The translations under genes were made by a program, and so were the position numbers. 64,000 nt of DNA from NCBI GenBank assembly GCA_963733675.1, contig CAVTET010000004.1, positions 448,001-512,000 of the forward strand, read 5' to 3'. Shown here one piece after another: positions 38,195 to 48,722 of this stretch. Each line of letters starts with the position of its first letter. Position 1 is the stretch's first letter. The notes beneath the pieces were generated by a model. The model had not been told where the DNA came from. It made no database searches and saw only the letters and a program-made list of their open reading frames with translations. The stretch comes from an uncultured Methanosarcinaceae archaeon (GTDB lineage: Archaea; Halobacteriota; Methanosarcinia; Methanosarcinales; Methanosarcinaceae).

Positions 38195-38378
38195 ATTTCA
38201 AATTTATATCCTTTGAAATTTGTATGAGATACTGTTCTGAGTTTGCTTCAATCGGTAATGATAGTGATCATGTATATCTTTTAGTTGGTGATGAACCAAA
38301 ATATTATCCTTCAATAGTGACGCAGATTGTAAAAATTATCACAGAAAGAAAGATCTTTAAAAAAATAATCTGAGATCA
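38195..38378 (+). mobile_element. IS200 tnpA remnant
   Basis: FEICMRYCSEFASIGNDSDHVYLLVGDEPKYYPSIVTQIVKIIT. Confidence 0.75.
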
Positions 38379-38649
38379 ATTCGGCCCTTTCGCAAATTTG
38401 CAAGGGAACAGTAACTTCTAATATCAAGATACAACAATTGGAAAAAATTCATTCAAACTTCACAACTAAGAAGAAGACTGTCAAAACAACAAGTCGAAAA
38501 ATGCGGAAACTCTTTAAAAAACCGGAAATTGAATCAAGAACCCAAAATCAGCAAACTATTATATACATAGCCATAAACCTTACTGTTATTTCCATCGAAT
38601 TTGAGTTTCTTAACAGTTATATTTTTAATTTATTAAAAAAGGTGTGATA

Positions 38650-39498
38650 ATGCCTCATATAATGGAATTAATGGGAAAAACAAGAGTAATTGTAAAGGAT
38701 GGTAAAGTTATTGAAGTTGGACAGCCTGAGGTAGAATGGTGTCCTATATTTGCCAAGGTGCGTGGGATCCAGAGGATAACCTCTGAACAAGTAAGAAAAA
38801 ACGTGGAGTTAAGGATTAGTGACTTCGGGATGTTCACGTACAGTCGCAAGCTTGAGCTTGAGGATTTTGTGGGATTCGGAGCTTCCGAGGTTATGATGAC
38901 AGGTCTTCGAAGAGGTCTTCTTGATACGACTGTAACTGCTTGTGATGGAGCAGGAACTGTCATCTCCAAGAACCCCATTCTTGTTCAAGGAATGGGAGGT
39001 AGGATGTCTGGGCTTATCGAAACAGAGCCTATAGAAGGCGTCATCAGAGGCATCACAGAACGCGGCGGAATTGTACTTGATCCATCAACTGCAAAAATTG
39101 ATCCAGTTGCAGGAGTGAAAAAGGCGGCCGGAATAGGTTATAAAAACATTGCAGTAACTGTGACTTCCGCCGAAGTTGCAAAAGAATTACGGAAAATTGA
39201 AGCCGAACTTGGACTTGACCTGGTAATAATTGGTGTGCATGCCACAAGTATCAGCAAGGAAGAGGCTCTTACACTTATGAGAAATGTAGATATTACGACA
39301 AGTTGTGCCTCAAAATACATTAGAGAGCTTGTGAGGCCTTTAGCCCAGGTGGGAACTGCTGTTCCGCTCTTTGCCCTCACTCAGAAAGGGAAGGAACTTG
39401 TAATCGAAAGGGCTAAAGAAGTCAAGAATCCTATCTTGATCAATACAATGCCTCTGCCAACCTTGCCTGAGGAAAAACAACCAAAGGAACTGAAATAA
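38650..39498 (+). CDS. Methanogenesis marker protein 8 (DUF2099)
   Basis: MPHIMELMGKTRV, CP, FVGFGASE, ACDGAGTV, QGMGGRMSGL, SCASK. Confidence 0.88.
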   Translation: MPHIMELMGKTRVIVKDGKVIEVGQPEVEWCPIFAKVRGIQRITSEQVRKNVELRISDFGMFTYSRKLELEDFVGFGASEVMMTGLRRGLLDTTVTACDGAGTVISKNPILVQGMGGRMSGLIETEPIEGVIRGITERGGIVLDPSTAKIDPVAGVKKAAGIGYKNIAVTVTSAEVAKELRKIEAELGLDLVIIGVHATSISKEEALTLMRNVDITTSCASKYIRELVRPLAQVGTAVPLFALTQKGKELVIERAKEVKNPILINTMPLPTLPEEKQPKELK

Positions 39499-39729
39499 AA
39501 TAAATCAGAGCCTTTATCATATGAATTTTGATTCTTTCTCCAAGTAGAAGGCCAAAGCTTTTGGATTTCATATTTTAGGCTATGGAACTTTTATAAGAAT
39601 TAAAAATTTAAGTTACAGATTTTGCTAGCGTTTCTCCAATCAAAGTTGCTCTGGCCTACCTTGTTGCAAGCAAATGGGTATGTCTGTGCCACAGATATGG
39701 ACATGAAGGAAATTATTCAGAATAATAAT

Positions 39730-39932
39730 TTGCTGATATGCTTCACTTTTCCCTAGTTCCCTTGATTTAAAATATCGTATTTAATTGCATTGGAAGTTGT
39801 GCCATCAACAACAGTTCTAATGTAACCGATATCGCTCCAAAACAGATTATTTTTTAAAGATCTTTCTTTCTGTGATAATTTTTACAATCTGCGTCATTAT
39901 TGAAGGGTAATATTTTGATTTTCACCAACTAC
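39730..39932 (-). mobile_element. IS200 tnpA C-terminal remnant
   Basis: YPSIMTQIVKIITERKIF...FWSDIGYIRTVVDG...ILNQG; near-identical to 38282-38372. Confidence 0.75.
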
Positions 39933-40436
39933 CATAAATAGCTATATTGTTTACAGATTTTGTTAATTATTACTTGAAAATCAATTAATATTTTTTCAGT
40001 AAAATAATAAACAAATATTTATTCCTTGATTTTGCAAGACGGCAAGTAGAATATACCTTTTAATATATCTCTTAGTTATGAATTTCTGTTTGATCGTATG
40101 TAACTGGTCACGGACTGGTTACTGTTTCTGATAAAAAAATCATAGGATTGATTTCACTTTTATCTCCAAGTGAGGAATAGATATCTAACTATTTTCTCAG
40201 GCGCGTGAATTCAGATGTAGGTATCCACCACCTTATACTCGTAAATATAACCTAAATATAGGACACTAATAGCTCAAGGTAAGGTTCTCATTTAATGATA
40301 ATGGAGTTTACTAGCTCACACAAAATCGATCAAAAAAAAATTTCAAGTTCAGATGTTTCCTGAAAGAAATTAACAATTTTTTGTACAGCAATGTAGAAAT
40401 AGATCTCAAATTTATCTGAAAAAAGTAAAAAGAACA

Positions 40437-42172
40437 TTATTGTTTTTCTTTATTAAGCTCCATCTGTGCCTCCAGCACCTGACGAACTACAATATCTACT
40501 GCATTTAAATCAGTCCACGGGCTTAAAATGAAGGATTTTATAGCTCCAATAGTAGAACAGTTAGGATAGTAAGGATTCCGATAAGCACAGGTCCATGAAA
40601 GGAGTACACCATCTCCATGCATAACCCGCTCATGGAAGTGATTGAAGATCTGGCGATTATAGGTGTTGTTCTTTTCCAGTTGTTCTCGGTAGTTTGCGTC
40701 ATTGAGTTCTCGCTGGAATGCGTCTTTTGCATCCACCTCTTCAGGGTAAACACGGAAGAGTGTGACTGGCCCATAATTGTAGTCATTAAGCACATGAATA
40801 AAAGGATCGGCCTCCAGCCGCTCGCGCAGCATCTCCGACATCTCCACTACATGCTCCAATCAAGACCTGATAGCCTTGCTTGCCGAACAGGCGTATATTG
40901 GCTAAAGCGGCTAATGCACCTGCTCCGGAGTGTGAACATTCAAGGGTATATATTCCTGGATGATAAGAGCCAAACTGGTAAAGATAAGGCATTTGTTCTG
41001 GGGCACGACTGAGGAGAGTGAGATCCTTCTTATTTTTGACAATAAAAGCACTTGTTATGTAGGGGCATAGACAGTCTTGTGAAAATCAATTCCCACGCTG
41101 TCTGCCATATGAAGACTTCTGATTCGTTCAATAGAATCTTTCAGTGAACGCAATGTACGTGCATGGAAACCAAGGGGATTGTTCGTAAAATCATAATCTT
41201 TGAACACAGCCCATACCCAACCTATGACTGCATCGGCATGAACATGAGGTGGATGCTCTAGTTTGTATTCTGCAGCTAACTGGTCTCTAAGTCGCACAAT
41301 AGCAGCCAGATCATCAATTCCAAAAGCATCAGTAGTACCTAAAGTGGCTACAATGGTTGTAATTTTCTCTTCTTTATCAAACGCTTGCCGCAGGTATTTT
41401 TCAAGATCTGTCAGTGACATTTCATTTTCGCGAGTGTGGATATCGACACCAGATTTTTTGTTCCGATCCCTAACCAACCTGCTACATTAAGTTTCGAATA
41501 ATGCGAGGAGTCTAAAGCTATAATCTTGACATCTTCGTGGATTCCTTCAATCATACTACGTCCACCGAACATCTTTTTAACCTCCAGTTTGCAGCCATAA
41601 AAAATAGTGCATGTACCTCCAAAAGTGAATAGACCACACGAGATCAATGGATCGTAACCAATTAGATCCGAGAGCATCGCTGTGCTCTAGATTTCAGCTT
41701 CAGCGAACCTGGCAGATAATTCGCCCTCTATGATGTTTGGATTATAGATTGCCGTAGCGATAAAAGCCAAAATGCTGGTTATTGATGAATGAGGAATAAC
41801 GTTAAGCTGCGTATTCGGATGTGCCCATACGATCATGTCTTTACAATAGTCTGCCAACAATTCGGTAACATTTTCCACTGAATCCATATCTTCTGGGAAG
41901 TTCATACCTCAAGCCTGTGTTTCCGGCTTCGTTCCAGGCAAAACTGGGAGCTTCTCTTTGGCAACATTATGAAAAGTATGCTCAGGGCATTTCCCTTGCT
42001 CAATCCCGAGTATAAGCACAGTGCCCTTCAAACAATCTACCTGGTCGAGAAAGTGAGAAATGGTATGAACTAAGTAGCCATCCATAATAGGAGTTGATAC
42101 TGGAGAGGGAAAATAGGTCTTCATTTTTTCTAGAATATCTGTATAATGTTGCTGCTTCAGGTTTCTTTTCAT
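40437..42172 (-). pseudogene. PLP-dependent amino acid decarboxylase (group II), fragmented
   Basis: YNPN, FTFGGT, TLGTTDAFGID, HVHADA, DFHK (PLP lysine) across six ORF pieces. Confidence 0.88.
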
Positions 42173-42379
42173 ATAATAACCCTCAAGAAATTTGTCTTGT
42201 TTAATACCAACTCGATAATGTTGTAATAACCCTTATCGCTAGAAGTATACCACATTTATGTGTGAATTGGTAAAATATCATATCACATGAGAATCAGAAA
42301 AATATTATGTGAGAGTCATTAACGAGTAGATGCTCAGATCCTGGCTGTCTCGTGGTCGAGCATAAGATTCAAGAGAATT

Positions 42380-42560
42380 CAAATCAGCAGCTTCAGATCT
42401 AACATCACTAGTTTCATCAGAGGGCAATTTAATTAAGTCGTTCAATGCCTGCTGCTTATCTGTCAATAATCGAAATTTATATTTTAATTGTTTTAATGCT
42501 CATCACGTTTTTCTGGTTCATTGCTAAGACATTGAGCGTGAATCTTCTCTTGGCATATCA
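42380..42560 (-). pseudogene. HEAT-repeat protein remnant
   Basis: QEKIHAQCLSNEPE...DKQQALNDLIKL.SDETSDVRSEAA. Confidence 0.6.
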
Positions 42561-42739
42561 ACTGTCTGACATCACAAATTCAAATAAAATTTAAAGCTTA
42601 AAACAGTTTCTTTTTGGTTGTAGTTTAACTTGATTTTTGTTTAAGTCAAAACCCAAATTTTCCCAGAGTCTATTCACAAATCTAGACAATAAATCAGCTT
42701 CATGAAATCGGAGTTAGTAATATGATCTTATATTTGCAG

Positions 42740-43785
42740 TTAAGAACTATAATATTTTAGAATTTTTCTCATAACTGGAGTATTAAAATTTAACTTTCCT
42801 TCCCTTGCTTTTTTCTTCAGATAACTTAGTTCACTCCTGTGCGTGATCCCAATCTCCTTGGCTTTAGCAGGAGTTAAATTCAAAATAAATTCCCTCATCT
42901 TTTCAATATCCTGGTACATCTCAACATGATTGCTCTCAAGCTCCTGCATTACAATCTTGTTTGCTTCTTTACCGAGATACACACATCCTTTAGGCTTCAG
43001 ATGTATCCTTTGTAAAACTCCAATACCCCCTTCAAACTTGGCTTCAGGATGGTCTATGTAATCAAGGAACACATCACTTAATGGCTTCCAATATCCCCTT
43101 CCCTGAAGTGTATTTCCAGTATTGTAATCAATGAATTCTTTCTCAACCACTATCTGTGGATTTTTGTTGAAAGGAGCAATCGGTTTGATTTTCTCCAGGT
43201 CTATATGAATCTTGTCAGGATAGTTCTTGTTGATACCGCAAGCTTAGAAATAGTTGCATAGTTCTCATACTTCTCTAATACATCAGGTAACTCTTCAGGA
43301 TGGAAATGAACGTTGAGAATGTTTTCCCATAACCTCTTATGCCATTTGTCTGCTTCCTTCGGTTCTCTGCTAAATGGATTTGTGATATGTCCCAATTCAT
43401 GTAGCTTGTAGAACAGCTTCTTACCTCCAGGAATTGTGATTTTATTTCCATGTATATGAAACAAACAATATCTCTTAGAACTGATTCCATAAAATCAGAT
43501 ATCTTCCATGCCATTCTCTATTTCCAGAATCGGTTTATTGAAATCATAAGGATTCAGAGAATAAAAGAGATGGCTCAATTCATATGCGAGATGTGGAGGA
43601 ACAAATATTGAATCCGTATCCATGTAAGCATGTACCTCAGCCTTATCCATCACAAACTTCTCTGCAGTCACAAGTAAAAATCTAGCTCCTGCTGTAATAA
43701 TAGCCCAAATAACAGGATTAAAATATTCATTATGATCTTCATATTTTCCTTCAGACTCAAATTTTACATTACTGAATACGTCCAA
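42740..43785 (-). pseudogene. Family B DNA polymerase C-terminal remnant (casposon/mobile-element type)
   Basis: YFNP...ITAGAR, YMDTDS (motif C), degenerate GISSKRY, PIAPFNKNP, DYNTG, HPEAKFEG, GKEANK in three fragments. Confidence 0.75.
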
Positions 43786-43789
43786 TTTT

Positions 43790-43918
43790 TTTCAATCTTT
43801 TGTACACAAAAACATGTGATATCTTGTTTCAGGTACAATTATCTGAATGCCACGTTTACATTTTATAGTACAAAAGTAGCTTAAAATATAACTTTGTTAG
43901 TTAATAACAACTCTCAGG
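43790..43918 (-). mobile_element. IS200 tnpA 5' remnant abutting the PolB fragment
   Basis: Degenerate WHSDNC..TRYHMFLCTK; upstream sequence shared with 6720-6780. Confidence 0.55.
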
Positions 43919-44675
43919 AAATGTATATTCCCACATAAATCTGCGAAGTATTCGGCTAAAATAAAATGAATACTTTATGGATGTGGGAGATATCTTTAAA
44001 ATCAAATACAATAAACAAGAAAAAAATTGTGTCAAATACAGAACTTACTGGTAAAGTTTTTGAACCGGATTTCCGCAGAAAAAATGAGATCTAGATCGAG
44101 ATCTTCTATAATAATCACTAAAAAAAAATTATACTCTACAAATAAATGAACTATGGAAACAAAGGAAATATGAAAGAAAGGAAACAATGGCTCAATATTT
44201 TTTCCTTTTTTCCTCATTTTTCGTTGTTAGAGCTGGATTGAATTTTTTCTGCTCGAATAGAACATGAAGTGAGCCAGCTCATTCAAAATAGGATCTTATA
44301 TCAATATTATATTCAAAGCTGTGGGATATAATACGCTCGTAATTCATTTAAATTCAATCAAGGGTTTTTATGGATAGATCATTTTGCTCATTTATTCAAA
44401 GCTTATTACTATTACTAATCTAGTATTCTATCTGTTTTATATTATTTGTGAATATATTTGTAATTGTACTATTATACCAACCAAATATGCTCCTCTTCAA
44501 CCAAAAACAAGTTACCTGGATAATTTTTAAAAACAGTGTCTATGGAAGAATGAATATTGGAGGTGGATGAAAGGCTTCATTCGGGAATTACATACATATA
44601 TCCTTGAAAAATTCACAATCTCGAATATATAAAAAGAATGTTAAATAAAGTAGAATCAATGGGGGGATATATATA

Positions 44676-44759
44676 ATGTTTGGATTCTACGAGCTTACTG
44701 ACCATTGGGCCGGTTGTGGCGGTAGAGATGATTGTTGCTACAATGGAATAATTGGGTAA
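44676..44759 (+). CDS. Putative 27-aa Cys/Gly-rich peptide
   Basis: G-run RBS-like sequence upstream; MFGFYELTDHWAGCGGRDDCCYNGIIG*. Confidence 0.3.
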   Translation: MFGFYELTDHWAGCGGRDDCCYNGIIG

Positions 44760-45157
44760 CAACACCGCTTTTAAATGCAAAATTACAAGTGATATATTCT
44801 TAGATTTTATAAGCACAATTATATTTTGAATTAATATATTTTATAGCGCTTATGCGGTTGAACTGAGAAACAACAAGTAGCTTGAGACCTTAAATTATCT
44901 AAATCACAATATCTCTAAAAGATATTGTAGTTCTTTCGGTGCTTCGTTTTTATTTCAAGCGCATAAATCCTATTATTAGTTCAGTCTATTCACAAGTAGA
45001 TAAGTAACAATGCAATATTAACAGACATATTTTATAAAATTAAAACATGTTTTTTACATCTGCCACTGGAGAGTAGATCGAAAAACAAATGGACAAAGGA
45101 TCGGAAAATAAACTCTCCTAAATCCGCATTTAGTTTCAATTTGAACAATATAAAAAG

Positions 45158-46267
45158 GTGAAATTGTTGAAACAATCAGTTAATAGAATCAAAAGGGTAC
45201 TGCCTATTTTGCTGGTGGGATTCCTTGTAGTGTCTTTAACAGCTGTATCAGTGACAGCATACCTATCTAATGGGGATCCTTCAGCTGTTGCAGTTCCATC
45301 AACTGTCATAGTTCCGTCCGGTGTTGCAGTTCCGTCCGGTGTTGCAGTTCCGTCCGGTGTTGCAGTTCCGTCCGGTGTTGCAGTTCCGTCCGGTGTTGCA
45401 GTTCCGTCCGGTGTTGCAGTTCCGTCCGGTGTTGCAGTTCCGTCCGGTGTTGCAGTTCCGTCCGGTGTTGCAATTCCTTCAGCTGTCTCAGATCCATCAG
45501 CTGTTGCAATTCCTTCAGCTGTCTCAGATCCATCAGCTGTTGCAATTCCTTCAGCTGTCTCAGATCCATCAGCTGTTGCAATTCCTTCAGCTGTCTCAGA
45601 TCCATCAGCTGTTGCAATTCCTTCAGCTGTCTCAGATCCATCAGCTGTTGCAATCCCTTCAGCTGTCTCAGATCCATCAGCTGTTGCAATTCCTTCAGCT
45701 GTCTCAGATCCATCAGCTGTTGCAATTCCTTCAGCTGTCTCAGATCCATCAGCTGTTGCAATCCCTTCAACTATCTCAGATCCATCAGCTGTTGCAATCC
45801 CTTCAGCTATCTCAGATCCATCAGCTGTTGCAATCCCTTCAGCTGTCTCAGATCCATCAGCTGTTGCAATCCCTTCAGCTGTCTCAGATCCATCAGCTGA
45901 AGGAATTCCATCAGCTGTCTCAGATCCATCAGCTGTTGCAATTCCTTCAGCTGTCTCAGATCCATCAGCTGTTGCAATTCCTTCAGCTGTTGCAATTCCA
46001 GGAATTGTACCAATGCCAGGTCCTGTACCAATGCCAGGTCCTGTACCAATGCCAGGCCCGGTAGCATTACCAGGCTCAGTACCAATGCCAGGCTCAGTAC
46101 CAATGCCAGGCCCGGTAGCATTACCAGGCTCAGTACCAATGCCAGGCCCCGTAGCAACACCAGGCCCTGTAGCATTACCAGGCTCAGTACCAATGCCAGG
46201 CCCGGTAGCATTACCAGGCTCAGTACCAATGCCAGGCCCGGTAGCATTACCAGGCCCTTGTATATGA
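45158..46267 (+). CDS. Secreted Pro-phased hexapeptide repeat protein (probable start TTG 45167)
   Basis: Basic then hydrophobic signal peptide ending SVTA; Pro every sixth residue from aa 41 to the C-terminus; RBS AGGTGA. Confidence 0.85.
   Translation: MKLLKQSVNRIKRVLPILLVGFLVVSLTAVSVTAYLSNGDPSAVAVPSTVIVPSGVAVPSGVAVPSGVAVPSGVAVPSGVAVPSGVAVPSGVAVPSGVAVPSGVAIPSAVSDPSAVAIPSAVSDPSAVAIPSAVSDPSAVAIPSAVSDPSAVAIPSAVSDPSAVAIPSAVSDPSAVAIPSAVSDPSAVAIPSAVSDPSAVAIPSTISDPSAVAIPSAISDPSAVAIPSAVSDPSAVAIPSAVSDPSAEGIPSAVSDPSAVAIPSAVSDPSAVAIPSAVAIPGIVPMPGPVPMPGPVPMPGPVALPGSVPMPGSVPMPGPVALPGSVPMPGPVATPGPVALPGSVPMPGPVALPGSVPMPGPVALPGPCI
45311..46258 (+). repeat. Coding tandem repeat array
   Basis: 9 perfect GTTCCGTCCGGTGTTGCA units (45311-45472), 14 near-perfect 36-bp units (45473-45976), then about 15 degenerate 18-bp units. 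Confidence 0.97.
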
Positions 46268-47067
46268 GTGTTTCACCTCATGAGTGGGTGGAACTATTTA
46301 TGCTATAATGACAAGAATTGTAAAAGATAATAACTGTAGATGAAGTATAGATGAGGGCCTTACTGCTTATGTAATACTATGTAAGACTACACAAAAAACA
46401 TGAATCGATAAATATTACAATTTTACATTTTTTAATTGCAATATCTGGAGTCCCCTAAAAATCCGGAACATCTTTTCTAAACCTTAGGCCTCTTTCCACA
46501 ATTCATTAGTAACAATAACCTAGTTTCTTTGGACTTCACTGAACTAATTACTTTACTTTGTGTCTCTTTAGAAAATACGTCTATCTTATGGGTTAATAAA
46601 TGATATACTGTTTCTCAGTTTGAATGTCTAATTTACACTTTCAATTTGAATAAATTCCAATTCATTCGTTTACATTTATGATGGAAAGTATTTCTGTATA
46701 GTTGACTGTAATAGGAATCTATGATTCATGATTTTCGACAAACCTAGCTGTGGGCTGAAGCATTTCCTATCATTTATATTGAAAATGGTTGCACTCAATT
46801 TGATGTCATTTAGTCAAATGGATTCCTTATTTGACTGTTCATTTTGCTTGTGTGAATTTGAATACTAAGAGTCGATCTTGCTTTTATTCCATAACAACTC
46901 CTTCATTCAAGAAAGTTAATCAGCTTCTGAATACTCAGGCACTTGATATTAAACATAAAAAAACAAATATATGCTCAATTATTATTTATCCATTAAAGCC
47001 TTCACTGTATCTAATATTCATACTTGTACATCTAATTAAGAAATCATCCTCCTCACATGGTGGTCTT

Positions 47068-47910
47068 TTGTCCGTGAAAACTAACTCCAATAACTTTATC
47101 TGGTCTATTGTAAATCTTTTGCGAAAGGCGGAAATCGAGCTTCCTGAAGACGTCAAAAGTGCACTCATAAGAGCTGAAATCATAGAAGAAAACCAGGTTG
47201 CAAAATCCCAGCTTCAAGCAATCCTGAAAAACATTGAGATCGCAAAAAATCATGGGATTCCCATGTGCCAAGACACTGGCATCATGATCTTTTTTGTGGA
47301 ATTGGGGACTGAATTTCATCCTGGCTTTGATCTGGAGGTTGCGATTAGAGAAGCAGTCATCCTTGCAACAGCTGAAATTCCTCTGCGTCCCAATGCCGTA
47401 GATCCACTGACACGTCAGAATAGCGGCGATAATACAGGGATCGGAATCCCGGATATTAACTGGAAACTTGTTCCTGGAAATCAGTTAAAAATTACCGCAG
47501 CCCCGAAAGGGGCAGGTTCGGAAAATATGAGTGCTTTGCATATGTTTAACCCTAAGGAAATCAAAAATATTCCAAATTTTGTGCTTGAAACCGTGATAAA
47601 TGCAGGTGGAATGCCCTGTCCACCCCTTACTATAGGTGTGGGGATAGGAGGCTCCTTTGATGCAGCAGCCAGGCTTGCAAAAGAAGCTCTTCTAGAGCCA
47701 CTAGATACCCCAATGAACAGTCTGGAGAGAGAAATACTTGAAGCTGTAAATGCTCTCGGGATCGGCTGTATGGGTCTTGGAGGAAGCACAACAGTCCTTG
47801 CAGTGCACGTGAAAGCTGCATACTGCCATACGGCTTCTCTTCCGGTTGCAATTAACATTCAGTGCTGGGCGAATAGGCATGCTTCAGTCGTTTTCGGAGG
47901 AGAGGAATAA
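47068..47910 (+). CDS. Fe-S fumarate hydratase, alpha subunit
   Basis: PMCQDTG, KGAGSEN, PCPP, CHTASLP, QCWA; start reassigned to TTG 47068 after GGTGG. Confidence 0.92.
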   Translation: MSVKTNSNNFIWSIVNLLRKAEIELPEDVKSALIRAEIIEENQVAKSQLQAILKNIEIAKNHGIPMCQDTGIMIFFVELGTEFHPGFDLEVAIREAVILATAEIPLRPNAVDPLTRQNSGDNTGIGIPDINWKLVPGNQLKITAAPKGAGSENMSALHMFNPKEIKNIPNFVLETVINAGGMPCPPLTIGVGIGGSFDAAARLAKEALLEPLDTPMNSLEREILEAVNALGIGCMGLGGSTTVLAVHVKAAYCHTASLPVAINIQCWANRHASVVFGGEE

Positions 47911-48488
47911 TGGAATATCACCTGCATACCCCACTGAAGAAAGAGGATATCAAAAAACTCAATTCAGGAGATATAGTCTATATCTCCGGAGAGGTACTGA
48001 CGGCACGGGATGAAGCACACTCTCGAATTCTAGAAATGGACGAAAAAGGGGAAAAACTTCCTTTTTCCCTTAAAGGAGCAGTTATTTACCACTGTGGTCC
48101 ACTTATGCAACAGACAGAACACGGATGGAAAGTAATATCTGCAGGCCCTACTACAAGCGACAGAATGTCTAAAACGACTCATTCTCTTTTGAAAGCACAT
48201 GACGTTCGGGTGATCATAGGAAAAGGCGGGATGAAGGGTATCGCCTCAGAACTTAAAGATAGATGTGTTTACCTGGCCTACACAGGTGGATGTGCAGCTC
48301 TTGCCTCAAAGTTGATTCAAGAAGTAAAAACCGTTCACTGGTTAGATCTTGGAATGCCTGAAGCAGTCTGGGTGCTCAGAGTCGAAGAATTTGGGCCTCT
48401 TATCGTCGGAATTGATTCAAATGGCAACGACATTTTTGAAAAAGTTAGGGAGATAGCTGGGAAAGTACTTCAAAACCTGAGGCGATAA
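47910..48488 (+). CDS. Fe-S fumarate hydratase, beta subunit
   Basis: TARDEAH, YHCGP, AGPTTS, IGKGG, LGMPEA. Confidence 0.93.
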   Translation: MEYHLHTPLKKEDIKKLNSGDIVYISGEVLTARDEAHSRILEMDEKGEKLPFSLKGAVIYHCGPLMQQTEHGWKVISAGPTTSDRMSKTTHSLLKAHDVRVIIGKGGMKGIASELKDRCVYLAYTGGCAALASKLIQEVKTVHWLDLGMPEAVWVLRVEEFGPLIVGIDSNGNDIFEKVREIAGKVLQNLRR

Positions 48489-48722
48489 AAAAACGATTTT
48501 TTTGCTTTTCGTTAACCTTATTTAATCCTTTATTACCTCAATTTGGCATGAAAGTACAAGAGGCTATCTTCCTCATCCACTCATTTCAATAAAATAAACC
48601 CACCGAAATTTGCTTATTGAATCTGAGGAAAGGTGGCTATATATATTCTTTTTATCCAGGTTAATGGTTACTATGGAATTTCCATTTAGAATTACTTTTT
48701 GCCCTGAATTTCTTTTCTCAAA

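Noticed and set aside
41687-41689. In-frame TAG as a pyrrolysine codon (also 6196-6198)
   Set aside because: Both genes carry additional frameshifts, so these are simple nonsense mutations.
44660-44676. GGGGGGATATATATA as a casposon terminal repeat
   Set aside because: No matching inverted partner found on the far side of the PolB relic; low complexity.
45311-45976. Possible CRISPR array
   Set aside because: The repeats are contiguous with no spacers and are in-frame coding; no cas genes are present.
45306-46247. Alternative-frame and antisense ORFs over the repeat array
   Set aside because: They are open only because the repeats lack stops; only the 45158 frame has an RBS and a signal peptide.
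46831-47067. N-terminal extension of fumarase alpha
   Set aside because: Non-homologous-looking sequence; a better start with RBS lies at 47068.
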